DNA from: Rhodoluna sp.
GTDB taxonomy: Bacteria > Actinomycetota > Actinomycetes > Actinomycetales > Microbacteriaceae
DNA length: 64,000 nucleotides
NCBI GenBank assembly: GCA_044239955.1
Contig: JBIIAL010000002.1
Reading direction: 5' to 3' (one strand)
The notes below the pieces were generated by a model, which made no database searches, was not told the DNA's origin, and saw only the letters and a list, made by a program, of their open reading frames with translations. Below, piece by piece: positions 47,096 through 56,346 of this stretch (position 1 is the stretch's first letter; the number at the start of each line of letters is the position of its first letter). A program made the position numbers and the translations under genes.

Positions 47096-47980
47096 GTGGC
47101 ATCTACAACTGCAAAGAAAATTGCAGCAGTAAAGAAGTTCAGTATCTTCGCCCTGATTCCACTGGCTATTTTTGCCATCGTTCTAATCGTTCCTTTTGTT
47201 CGAGGAATCTACTTCACATTTACTGACTGGGATGGCTTCGGTTACGACAACTTTGTTGGTTTTGACAACTACGCAGCTTCTCTAGCAGACGAAAAGTTCT
47301 GGGCTGCGATCTGGCTTACTTTTGCGTATGTAGCGGTTTCTTTAGTTCTTGTAAATGTCGTGGCCTTCGGCCTGGCTCTAATCGTGACTCTTCCATTGCG
47401 CGGAACCACAGTCCTTAGAACCTTCTTCTTTGTTCCAAACCTTATTGGTGGTGTGATCCTCGGTCTGATCTGGCAGTTCATCTTTGGCCAAGCCCTGCCA
47501 ACCATCTCGGAAACTTTTACGCTGCCTATTTTTACTGAAAACTGGTTGCTTAGCACCGATACAGCCTTCTGGTCACTGGTTATTGTCACTGTCTGGCAGA
47601 TGTCTGGTTACATGATGATCATCTACATCACCGGCTTGATGAGCATTGAAAGAGACGTCTTAGAGGCAGCGCTAATAGATGGTGCAACCGGTTGGAGAAC
47701 CCTTGCCCTAATCAAGATTCCACTTATGGCTCAGGCCTTCACGATCTCGCTGTTCTTGACTCTTCGAAATACCTTCATGGCATACGACGTGAACCTCGCC
47801 CTTACAGGAGGCGGACCTTACCGAACTACCGAGCTGATCTCGATGCATGTGTTCAAAGAGGCTTTCGGGTTTGGTTTCTTTGCAACCGGTCAGTCCCAGG
47901 CGGTATTGATGTTCTTGATGATTGCCGTAGCGGCAATCACCCAGGTGATTATTTCCAAGCGTGCTGAGGTGCAGCGATGA
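47096..47980 (+). CDS. Carbohydrate ABC importer permease (MalF/UgpA-like)
   Basis: Six TM helices and an EAA-loop region 'ERDVLEAALIDGATGWRTLALIKIPLM'. Confidence 0.8.
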   Translation: MASTTAKKIAAVKKFSIFALIPLAIFAIVLIVPFVRGIYFTFTDWDGFGYDNFVGFDNYAASLADEKFWAAIWLTFAYVAVSLVLVNVVAFGLALIVTLPLRGTTVLRTFFFVPNLIGGVILGLIWQFIFGQALPTISETFTLPIFTENWLLSTDTAFWSLVIVTVWQMSGYMMIIYITGLMSIERDVLEAALIDGATGWRTLALIKIPLMAQAFTISLFLTLRNTFMAYDVNLALTGGGPYRTTELISMHVFKEAFGFGFFATGQSQAVLMFLMIAVAAITQVIISKRAEVQR

Positions 47981-48798
47981 AGCGCACCAAAGTTATAAAT
48001 AGAATTGTTTTCTCTCTCGGGGCTGTTTTGGCGGTTTTGTATGCATTCCCGTTCTTTTTAGTGATCGTGAACTCCGTCAAGGAAAAGCGTGAAATCCGAA
48101 ATGATCCTCTTTCGATTACCCTTGAGCCACTCTGGGAGAACTTTTCTGAAGCCATCCGCCGAATGGACTACTGGCAGTCACTTATCAATTCCATTTTTAT
48201 TACCACTTTCTCGGTAGTTGCCATCATCATCACTTCCTCGCTATTGGCTTACTACCTAGCAAGAAACAACAATAAGTTCACGAGCATTATCTTTGTTATC
48301 TTGGTGGCTTCCATGATTGTTCCATTCCAGGCCCTGATGATTCCGTTCGTTGGACTGTTTGGATCCTTGGGTATCCTAAGTAGCCAACCGTCACTGATTT
48401 TCTTCTACGTTGGTTTTGGTGTTGCCATGTCAACATTCCTTTATCACGGGTTTATCAAGAACATTCCCTTCGAGTTGGATGAGGCTGCCTCAATTGATGG
48501 CGCATCTTCATTTATGACCTTCCGAAAGATCATTTTCCCGATGCTCAGCCCGGTAACAGCAACAGTTGCAATCATTAATGCACTCTGGATCTGGAACGAC
48601 TACCTACTGCCATCTTTGGTTTTGGTTCAAGACGACAGAACCTTACCGCTTCGAACCTACGTGTTCTATGGAACTTACACTTCCGACTACGGTCTAGCCA
48701 TGGCGGGTCTATTGATCTCGATGGTCCCAATCATCATTTTCTACTTCATGATGCAAAAGAGAATCATCGCTGGTATTTCCGCTGGAGCGGTTAAGTAA
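47977..48798 (+). CDS. Carbohydrate ABC importer permease (MalG/UgpE-like)
   Basis: Six TM helices and an EAA loop 'LDEAASIDGASSFMTFRKIIFPM'. The ATGA overlaps the upstream permease. Confidence 0.8.
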   Translation: MKRTKVINRIVFSLGAVLAVLYAFPFFLVIVNSVKEKREIRNDPLSITLEPLWENFSEAIRRMDYWQSLINSIFITTFSVVAIIITSSLLAYYLARNNNKFTSIIFVILVASMIVPFQALMIPFVGLFGSLGILSSQPSLIFFYVGFGVAMSTFLYHGFIKNIPFELDEAASIDGASSFMTFRKIIFPMLSPVTATVAIINALWIWNDYLLPSLVLVQDDRTLPLRTYVFYGTYTSDYGLAMAGLLISMVPIIIFYFMMQKRIIAGISAGAVK

Positions 48799-48810
48799 CC
48801 TAAGCAGCAG

Positions 48811-49752
48811 ATGCTCAAGCTAACTGACCGCTGGATTTGGGATTCCTGGTTCAGTTTCGATGGTGACAACCACCATGTTTTTTACCTCAGTGCTCCTAGG
48901 GATTTAGTAGACCCAAACTTGAGACACAGAAACCCAACTATCGGGCACGCTGTTTCTGCTGATCTTGTTAACTGGGAAGTTTTACCCGATGCGATTACAC
49001 CCTCGTTGGAACCAGCCTTTGATTCTTGGACCACCTGGACTGGCAGTGTTGTGAAGGACCAGCAGGGGCTTTGGTGGATGTTTTACACCGGGACTTCAAG
49101 ACAAGACGGTGGAGACATCCAGCGCGTTGGTGCGGCTACCTCCAAGGACCTTGTGACCTGGAACAAGGTATCGAAAGACGCACTGCTGGATGCAGGTACT
49201 GAGCACTACGAATTACTTGATTACAACAAGTGGCACGACCAAGCCTTTAGAGATCCCTGGGTGTTTTTCCACAGCGACAACTCTTGGCACATGTTTGTAA
49301 CCGCGAGAGCTACACACGGTGAAAAGTTTTCCAGGGGAGTTGTTGGGCACGCAACGAGCAAGGACTTGTTGGATTGGGAACTACTTGCTCCTTTGACCGA
49401 ACCAAATGGCGGCTTTGGTCAGCTTGAGGTTTTGCAGGTGGAAGTTATTGATGGGGTGCCAACACTGATTTGGTGCTGTGGGACACCAGAGCTAAGCGAA
49501 GAAGCCAAGACCCGCTATGGCGAAGGCGGAATGTTCTCAGTAACCGGTGAAAGCATTCTTGGACCGTTTGATATCAGGAAAGCTGTCAGGCTGCCACACC
49601 CGAGTTTGTATGCCGCTAGAGCAGTAGAACACCAGGGTAAGTGGTACATGCTTGGGTTCATCAACGAAGTTGATGGGGTCTTTGTCGGAGAGCTTTCTGA
49701 TCCCATTCCGCTAAAGATCAGTGGGAATGGTTTGACCATAGATTTGAACTAG
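48811..49752 (+). CDS. Compact GH-J-clan (GH32/GH68-like) beta-fructosidase/fructosyltransferase-like protein, propeller only
   Basis: N-terminal 'DRWIWDSWF' (GH68-like nucleophile motif) and 'FRDPWVF' (RDP motif). 313 aa, no signal peptide, last gene of the sugar ABC operon. Confidence 0.5.
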   Translation: MLKLTDRWIWDSWFSFDGDNHHVFYLSAPRDLVDPNLRHRNPTIGHAVSADLVNWEVLPDAITPSLEPAFDSWTTWTGSVVKDQQGLWWMFYTGTSRQDGGDIQRVGAATSKDLVTWNKVSKDALLDAGTEHYELLDYNKWHDQAFRDPWVFFHSDNSWHMFVTARATHGEKFSRGVVGHATSKDLLDWELLAPLTEPNGGFGQLEVLQVEVIDGVPTLIWCCGTPELSEEAKTRYGEGGMFSVTGESILGPFDIRKAVRLPHPSLYAARAVEHQGKWYMLGFINEVDGVFVGELSDPIPLKISGNGLTIDLN

Positions 49753-50312
49753 ATCTTTTCTGGTGTGTAGTTACAAACATCTCCGGGGCAAAGCCTTGGT
49801 GGTTGCTTAGAGAATCTTCTTGCTAGCTCGCAACCAACGCAAATGCCAAATGATGATTCCAAAAACAGCAGTGATATGCACACCCCACACAACACCAAGG
49901 GAATGGGTCCAGTAAGAGCTAACCAACCCATGGTGAAACAAGAGACCGAAACAAAACCAAAGCCCATGTACCAGGCAATTTTCTTGGGATTGGCATCCAC
50001 CCACTCTGGACGCTGGGGTCTAACAATTAGTGAACCTAGAAACATCGAGGGAGAGTACTTAGCGTTGAAAAACAACCTAATAAACATATCCAGCATGAAT
50101 AGGGCACCAAACGCTCTTAGTGGTCCATAGTTTTCGGTCAACAAAGCTAGCGACCAGGCAAAAAAGCCAATTACAAATAAAATTCCAGCGGCTGCTCTAA
50201 CAGCTCGTTCGTTGAATACACCGAAATCGATTCCGGGAACGGTCTCACCAAACTCGTGCTTCAATGCCTTGTCTTTCTTAGGAGATTTGAGTTGCAAAAT
50301 CAAGCAACCCAT
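49749..50312 (-). CDS. Membrane protein, DUF4395-like
   Basis: Four hydrophobic segments and a C-terminal 'FGICVGCELA', followed by 'CPGDVC'. The start overlaps the helicase gene 3' end by 35 nt. Family call is from memory of the DUF4395 CxGC signature. Confidence 0.4.
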   Translation of the reverse strand: MGCLILQLKSPKKDKALKHEFGETVPGIDFGVFNERAVRAAAGILFVIGFFAWSLALLTENYGPLRAFGALFMLDMFIRLFFNAKYSPSMFLGSLIVRPQRPEWVDANPKKIAWYMGFGFVSVSCFTMGWLALTGPIPLVLCGVCISLLFLESSFGICVGCELARRFSKQPPRLCPGDVCNYTPEKI

Positions 50313-53300
50313 TCAGTCTAGACAACGACTTAAGCTCTTCGATACTTCTAAATCTTGACCTGGCAATCTGCGGTGAGTAAACCATGAAACAGTTGGCTTT
50401 AGCTCTAGATACGGCAACATTCAACCTGTTTCTATCGAGAATAAACTCCAGACCCCTTGGTGCGTCAGCAGCAGTGGATGCTGCCATCGAAACTATTACA
50501 ACCATGGCTTCTCTACCCTGGAACTTGTCTACTGTTCCTACTGCCACTTCTTGTAAGCCGGCGGCATCTAGTTGCTTTCGAATCAGATCTACCTGGGCGT
50601 TATAAGGAGCAACCACCAAAATCTCCGAGGCTCCTAAAACAGCGCTTTGCGCTTTGGCTATCTCAACTACCTTGTTAGCTTCCTCAATCGAGCTAGAGGA
50701 ATTGCCAACATGGTGAACCGGGACAGTGATTAGCCCTGGATCAAGACCAGATACCTGGTTTCTGTCGGTATCTGGATGAGAGTGAAGTTTGTTCTTATAT
50801 GAAAGCCAGCTAACTGGAGCATTAATCTGCGGGTGCATACGCCTTGTGATATCGACGAAGTAACCGGAGTCTTCTTCCAAGATCTGGCTATCGCCCATGT
50901 AGTGACCAAGGGCTGAGTTATCTACCCCTCCTGGGTGAACAGCTTGGACCACCTGGGTTAGCTGTTGTGGGTCGCCAAGTAAAACTAGGTTTTTGGTATT
51001 GGCAGTTACCGCAATTGCATCCACCAGCGAGAACTGAGCTGCTTCGTCAACAAAGATGTAGTCAAAGCCGTGTTCAAGAACCTCCTTGGCGCAAAAGCTC
51101 CAAGAGGTACCTCCCATTACTAGTCCTTCTTGTCCTGCTAACCACTTGCCAAGGACCTGATTCGTGGAAGGTGTTGCCCAACCCTTTGCTTGCTTGTCAC
51201 CGCTTTGGCTCTTTTTAGCCATCGCAGAAGGTGATACCCCAGCCTCCAGGCACGCCCACATCAAGTTCTCAACGGCGGAGTGAGAGTTGGCGACCACGCC
51301 AACTCTTTTACCCTGATCAACTAGTTGCTTGATAACTCTCGAGCCCAGATAGGTCTTGCCCGATCCGGGGGGACCCTGGATAGCCAGCACCGAATGATCA
51401 AGATCATTTACAGCTTCCGTGATCGCAAATAAATAGTCATCGCCTACTACCTCGGGAAGCTGGCTAAGGGTTCGAAGTGCTGGCTCTTTTCGCATTAGAA
51501 GATCAATGGCAGGGTGACGCATTTCTGGTTCTTGTTCCGGTGAGCCCCAAGATGCAGCTAGCTCTTGGACCACCTGTCCGACAGTTTCTGGCTTATTACC
51601 AAGCGGTATCCACTCATCTTCGAAGATTGCGTTTGGTTCGAGCATCATGTTTTCAAAACGGGCGTCACGTTCGAATTCAATTAGATTGCCATTTATTGAA
51701 AGCACGCGACCGTAGTCAGTGTCTTGCTGGTTGGCACCAAGGCTGTACCTAACAAAGAGCTTCTGATCCTTTTTGAGAAAACAGGTTTGGCCTGGCTCTA
51801 GTTGGTATTGGTAGACAATCTTGATTTTGGTTTCTGGGTCTACGCCAAAAAAATCACTTGTTGATTGACTTGTTTGGCAGCCTTGAACAACTAACGCTTT
51901 GCGATCTCTATGTAGCGCTTCATAGGTAGCATCTTTTCGTATTCCCCAGTCACGCCAGCGAATAACGTCTTCGCGGTTGTAATAGAGAATCGAGTGGGTA
52001 AGAGCTAGCCAAATCTTGGCCCGGTAGTCACCTTGGGGTGAATGACCCCAATCAAAATTTTCCAGCTTGGCTTCAAGTGCAGAAGTTTTTTGAATGAGCC
52101 GCTCTAGATCGCGCTCTGCCTTCTTAGCTCTTTGAGATTCGGGAAAATCTTCTCTGGAGTCTTGGCGTTTAGCCTCACGGGCTTTTTTTATATCTTTGGC
52201 CCTTTGAAACTCCTGGTATCTGGTGTGTGCTCCATCCAGTGAAGAGAGCCAATCAAATAACCCCATCGTGGAGACGCAGTCATCTTCGTTGTAATCGGTG
52301 ATCTGCTGCATAACCTCTTTAGCTTTTGGATCCTTTAGTTCAACTAGCTGCCGGTAGTAGTCATACTCATCGATCGATGACCCGGCATCTAAGACTTTGC
52401 TTCTTCTTTCAAACTCATAGAACGCTTCTAGCTTTTTGATTGAGTAGCTCGGCTGTGAAACCATGATTGAGCCTTTGACCACTTTGAATAGGTCAATCAT
52501 GTGGCCTGAGCTAACTAGCTCAGATATTTCTTTCTCTAAGATTCCATGCCTTGCGGCAAGCCTGGTTAGCGCAGTTACCTCGTAGCTGGCGTAATGGTAG
52601 ATGTGCGCGGTCTTGTCTTGGTTTAGCTTCTCGGTAACAAGTTCAACGAACGCTTTGAGCGCCTTCTTTTCTTGAACTCTGTCGTGGGCAAAGAATGGGA
52701 CAAACTTGCCATCTCTGAATGATGAACCAAACAGATACTCAAGGCCGCCTTCTTCGGGGTAGTAAGGGAAACCTTCCATGTCAAAAAAGATGTCGTTTGC
52801 TGAAGCCGGTGGTAAAACTGCAATTTCAGGATCAGGTAGAACTAAATGGCTGACCTTCCCGGTTTGCTTGTAATCGTGCTGCAACCTGGCCTGGGTTCTA
52901 AGTTTTTCAAAAGTGGTTGCCGTGATTTCGACCGGCCGCTCTGAGTCTTTAGCGCTTGCTAGTTTTTCCATGGTGTCAATACCTGCAAGCTTGAACTTTT
53001 CTATTTGCGAGCGGTTGATTCCAGCTATTTGCACAAGGTGATCTGTATCAAGTCTTGCCTGCTCGCACAGAGCTGGATACTCACAAACCTTGCAAGAGTC
53101 TTTGGTTTCACAATAAAGAGTTAGATCTTCTAGGCACATCGAATTGTCAAAAGTTTTTATGGCTTCAGCAAGCTCTGTTCTTGCAGCCTTCATGGCAGGA
53201 ACAATCTCTGAATCCTCGAAGTTAGCTAGCTTTCTAGATCCAAGGATCAACCCAGATTCTTTTTCTGATTGGAAACCAAGAGCCACAAGTGCATCGGCGT

Positions 53301-53844
53301 AGAGAGCTATTTGCAGTAGGTAGTTAGGTTTAGCTGAAGATGCCAACTTGGCATCCCATGCAACGTATTTGCCCTGACTCTCATAGCCTTCAATTTGCCT
53401 CGCTCGAAGGATCCTGTTTTCAAAATAGAGCTCGTAGTCATCTCGGACTAGAAAGTCTGGTTTTCCGTTGAATTGAAGCAGTCCAACTCGGTGTTCAATA
53501 TATCCCTGAAAGATAACTGGCACCTTGGCTCGCATCAGATCCACAGTTGCCGCAAAGGCATCTTTACCTTCGGGTCTTTGGAATTGTTCAGGCCCCAAAC
53601 AATCGAGCAATTCTTGCTCGAGGGCTGCCTCAAAAGCCATTCCGTAGGTGATGGCCAGATTGTCTGGCTCCACGTAGTACTGCTTTAGAAGCTGATTTAG
53701 GCCAGCTACATCTAACTGGCTGGCTATAGCCAGCTGGCTACAGTGATCACAGCCTGAGGAGCGCATCAAGTCGCGGGTATTGAAAGACCAGTGGTTGTCG
53801 GCGAGCTTTTTCATTGCCTTCATTCTGGCAGGAGCTAGTGACAA
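50278..53844 (-). CDS. Fusion of a Cas4/RecB-like Fe-S nuclease, an RNase-H-fold exonuclease-like domain and an SF1B Upf1/Dna2-like helicase
   Basis: Nuclease: 'CDHC', 'GKPDFLV', 'WDAKLA', 'QIALYADAL' and 'CKVCEYPALC' (CX2CX5C). Exonuclease-like: 'IFFDMEGFP' and 'YNEDDC'. Helicase: 'GPPGSGKT', 'VDEAAQ', 'LLGDPQQL', 'TVDKFQGRE' and 'NVAVSRAK'. Alternative start at 53823. Confidence 0.8.
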   Translation of the reverse strand: MSLAPARMKAMKKLADNHWSFNTRDLMRSSGCDHCSQLAIASQLDVAGLNQLLKQYYVEPDNLAITYGMAFEAALEQELLDCLGPEQFQRPEGKDAFAATVDLMRAKVPVIFQGYIEHRVGLLQFNGKPDFLVRDDYELYFENRILRARQIEGYESQGKYVAWDAKLASSAKPNYLLQIALYADALVALGFQSEKESGLILGSRKLANFEDSEIVPAMKAARTELAEAIKTFDNSMCLEDLTLYCETKDSCKVCEYPALCEQARLDTDHLVQIAGINRSQIEKFKLAGIDTMEKLASAKDSERPVEITATTFEKLRTQARLQHDYKQTGKVSHLVLPDPEIAVLPPASANDIFFDMEGFPYYPEEGGLEYLFGSSFRDGKFVPFFAHDRVQEKKALKAFVELVTEKLNQDKTAHIYHYASYEVTALTRLAARHGILEKEISELVSSGHMIDLFKVVKGSIMVSQPSYSIKKLEAFYEFERRSKVLDAGSSIDEYDYYRQLVELKDPKAKEVMQQITDYNEDDCVSTMGLFDWLSSLDGAHTRYQEFQRAKDIKKAREAKRQDSREDFPESQRAKKAERDLERLIQKTSALEAKLENFDWGHSPQGDYRAKIWLALTHSILYYNREDVIRWRDWGIRKDATYEALHRDRKALVVQGCQTSQSTSDFFGVDPETKIKIVYQYQLEPGQTCFLKKDQKLFVRYSLGANQQDTDYGRVLSINGNLIEFERDARFENMMLEPNAIFEDEWIPLGNKPETVGQVVQELAASWGSPEQEPEMRHPAIDLLMRKEPALRTLSQLPEVVGDDYLFAITEAVNDLDHSVLAIQGPPGSGKTYLGSRVIKQLVDQGKRVGVVANSHSAVENLMWACLEAGVSPSAMAKKSQSGDKQAKGWATPSTNQVLGKWLAGQEGLVMGGTSWSFCAKEVLEHGFDYIFVDEAAQFSLVDAIAVTANTKNLVLLGDPQQLTQVVQAVHPGGVDNSALGHYMGDSQILEEDSGYFVDITRRMHPQINAPVSWLSYKNKLHSHPDTDRNQVSGLDPGLITVPVHHVGNSSSSIEEANKVVEIAKAQSAVLGASEILVVAPYNAQVDLIRKQLDAAGLQEVAVGTVDKFQGREAMVVIVSMAASTAADAPRGLEFILDRNRLNVAVSRAKANCFMVYSPQIARSRFRSIEELKSLSRLNGLLDFATQIS

Positions 53845-53942
53845 TGCAGCAGATGTGAGGTCAGCACTATCTTTTTTTGTCTGAAAATGTTCGAAACGCC
53901 ATAATTAGATTCAGTACATAGATACGACCCAGGGGGATTCCA

Positions 53943-54596
53943 GTGCCAACATCAAGAACCCTTGTCGTGGTCGAAAACGAGTCACTGCTTAGAGACCTGA
54001 TTGCTCGATCCTTGGAAGCTGTCGGCTTCGCTGTCACAACCGCTGCAAATGCTTCAGATGCCAAGCGTGCTTGCAAGGCGGTTGATCCTGATGCCTGCAT
54101 AGTCGACATCGAATTGGGCCCGGGTCCAGATGGTTTTGACTTTGCGGAGTACTTGGCTCGTGAAGCTCCCGATGTTGGAGTCGTTTTCCTAACTAACTTG
54201 CCGGATCCAAGATTTGCTCAAAAAGATCTCAAGGCAGTGAAGCAATCGCAAGCTTACCTACGCAAATCACAACTGGTTGACTCCAAAGAACTAGTGGATG
54301 CGGTGAACGCCGTACTAAAAGAGGAAGACGTCTCGAAGTTCCGTCACGATCAGTCAACCGGTCGACCGCTTGCTGACTTATCCAAGCGTCAACTAACTGT
54401 TTTGCAACTTATGGCGGAAGGCTTTTCCAATACTCAAATTGCCGAGGCTCGCGGCACCACAGTCCGCGCGGTGGAGGGAATGATTTCAAGAATTTTTCAA
54501 GCACTCGAGATTGACGCTCAAGGCGCTGGCAATGCTCGCATCGCGGCCTCCAAAGCTTACATGAGTGCCGTTGGTGCGGTAGCGTCGGATCAGTGA
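53943..54596 (+). CDS. NarL/LuxR-family response regulator
   Basis: Receiver domain ('LVVVENE', 'IVDIEL', 'FLTN') and a C-terminal LuxR HTH ('LSKRQLTVLQLMAEGFSNTQIAEARGTTVRAVEGMISRIF'). GTG start after an AGGGGGA RBS. Confidence 0.8.
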   Translation: MPTSRTLVVVENESLLRDLIARSLEAVGFAVTTAANASDAKRACKAVDPDACIVDIELGPGPDGFDFAEYLAREAPDVGVVFLTNLPDPRFAQKDLKAVKQSQAYLRKSQLVDSKELVDAVNAVLKEEDVSKFRHDQSTGRPLADLSKRQLTVLQLMAEGFSNTQIAEARGTTVRAVEGMISRIFQALEIDAQGAGNARIAASKAYMSAVGAVASDQ

Positions 54597-56341
54597 CCGA
54601 TAGCTACAAACCACACCGCCCAACGGCCAAGAGGCTGTTTCAACAGGTTGGGTCTAGATACGCACTTTCAAATCCAGTTTTGGTTCTCTTTTTAATTCCA
54701 GCTTTTGGCGTTGGATTAATTTTCGATCAGACCCGATCTGATGCAACTTTTGGGTACCGGTTACTGAGTGCAACGATTGGCTATATCGCAACGATTATTC
54801 CTTTGCTGATTGCCAGAACTTTCTTACCAAATAAACCAAGATCAAGTAGACCTGCTTTGATGATGGCAATTTTTCTGCTAGCCGGATTGATTCGTGGGGC
54901 AACGCTTCTTGAGCTCTCAATTCTGTCTGGTGAATTTCAAGAGGGTGAGTTGATTTACCGCCTGGTCGGGGGACCACTTTTTACACTTGTCGCCTTGATT
55001 TTAAACGCAATTCTGGTTTCTAATTTCGCTCGCCATAAACAAGCTCTTGTCTCTCTTGCTGCCGAGCGCTTGCGGCTTCAGGTTAGATCGGCTGGTGTCC
55101 TCGCTCGAGTGCAGCAACAGCAGGAAGAGTTGGTTGACAAGGTCGGGACATTAATCCGGCCTACCATGAGAAAGATTCAAGAAACCTTCACGACCGAATC
55201 ATCGGCAGCAGCGATTAGTTCATTGAGAGACGCTGCCGATGAAGTGGTTCGGCCACTGAGTAGAGAAGTTGCCGATGGTCAAGATGATTTGAACTTTGAA
55301 AGTGAACCTGCAGCTGTTCGAGTGAAGTCTTCTCTTCCGAAGCGAGTAATTCTTGGTGAGTTCTTAATTCCATTTTGGGCAGCAACGATGTCTATTGGGC
55401 TTCTAGCATCCAGCACTTTTCTTCTGGAGAGCCCGGCAAATGCTCTCGTTGTTTTGACCTTGATTTTTGTACTAGTTTTTGGCTTTGGAAGAACTATTCA
55501 AGCCCTAACTAACAAATTGGAGATTCCAACGCTGTTGGCCTGGATTTTGATTCCACTTACTTATACTGTTCCCCTAAGTGCCTTCTTCCTACTTCAACCG
55601 ATACTGAACATGCAAAGTACTGATGCGCAGATATTCACCATGATGTTTTTTGAATGGAACCTAGGCCTACTTCTTTTCTTTGCGCAATTGGTCCAATTGC
55701 AACGCCGAGAGACCACCGAGCGGCTCGAGGATGTGAACAAGCAGCTGGAGATTATTTCATCTAGGCTCTCCCAGGAACTTTGGCTAAACCGCAAGAGAAT
55801 GGCAGCGCTGCTACACGGACCAGTGCAGGCTTCGCTCTATGCAGCTGCGATGGGTATGGCACAAACCAAGAACCCGTCAGCTGACTACCTTGCCAAAGTC
55901 CAAAAAGATATCGAGGCCGCCCTAGAGCAGCTCAATAACCCAAACCGTCTTGAGTCAGAAACGTTGTTGTCTGTTCTAAACCAAATCAAAGACCTTTGGT
56001 CAGACAGCGTAGAGGTATCAGTTACTGTTCCGAAAGAGCTTGAACAAGAAATAACCCACGAGCCTCTCACCTGCGAGGCAACTATTGAACTCACTAGAGA
56101 GTTGGTTACTAATTCCATCAAGCACGGTAAAGCCAACAAGGTTTCAGTCAATATTTCAGCAATCGATGCCAGTAGGTTCCGGGTTGAGGTTTCAGACAAC
56201 GGACTAGCCCCAAACCCAGAGTCCACTCCAGGCTATGGAACCAAAGTCTTGAATGAGCTCAGCTTGAACTGGGAGAGAACTAGATCAGGCGACACAACCC
56301 GAGCTTCCGCAGAAATGGTTCTAGCAGGAGGTAGCGTCTAG
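54593..56341 (+). CDS. Sensor histidine kinase (HisKA_3/NarX-type) with a large polytopic N-terminal domain
   Basis: H-box 'LHGPVQASLYAA', N-box 'ELVTNSIKHGKA', 'VSDNGLA' and 'GYGTKVL'. Multiple N-terminal TM segments. The GTGA overlaps the regulator gene. Confidence 0.75.
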   Translation: MTDSYKPHRPTAKRLFQQVGSRYALSNPVLVLFLIPAFGVGLIFDQTRSDATFGYRLLSATIGYIATIIPLLIARTFLPNKPRSSRPALMMAIFLLAGLIRGATLLELSILSGEFQEGELIYRLVGGPLFTLVALILNAILVSNFARHKQALVSLAAERLRLQVRSAGVLARVQQQQEELVDKVGTLIRPTMRKIQETFTTESSAAAISSLRDAADEVVRPLSREVADGQDDLNFESEPAAVRVKSSLPKRVILGEFLIPFWAATMSIGLLASSTFLLESPANALVVLTLIFVLVFGFGRTIQALTNKLEIPTLLAWILIPLTYTVPLSAFFLLQPILNMQSTDAQIFTMMFFEWNLGLLLFFAQLVQLQRRETTERLEDVNKQLEIISSRLSQELWLNRKRMAALLHGPVQASLYAAAMGMAQTKNPSADYLAKVQKDIEAALEQLNNPNRLESETLLSVLNQIKDLWSDSVEVSVTVPKELEQEITHEPLTCEATIELTRELVTNSIKHGKANKVSVNISAIDASRFRVEVSDNGLAPNPESTPGYGTKVLNELSLNWERTRSGDTTRASAEMVLAGGSV

Positions 56342-56346
56342 GTTCT

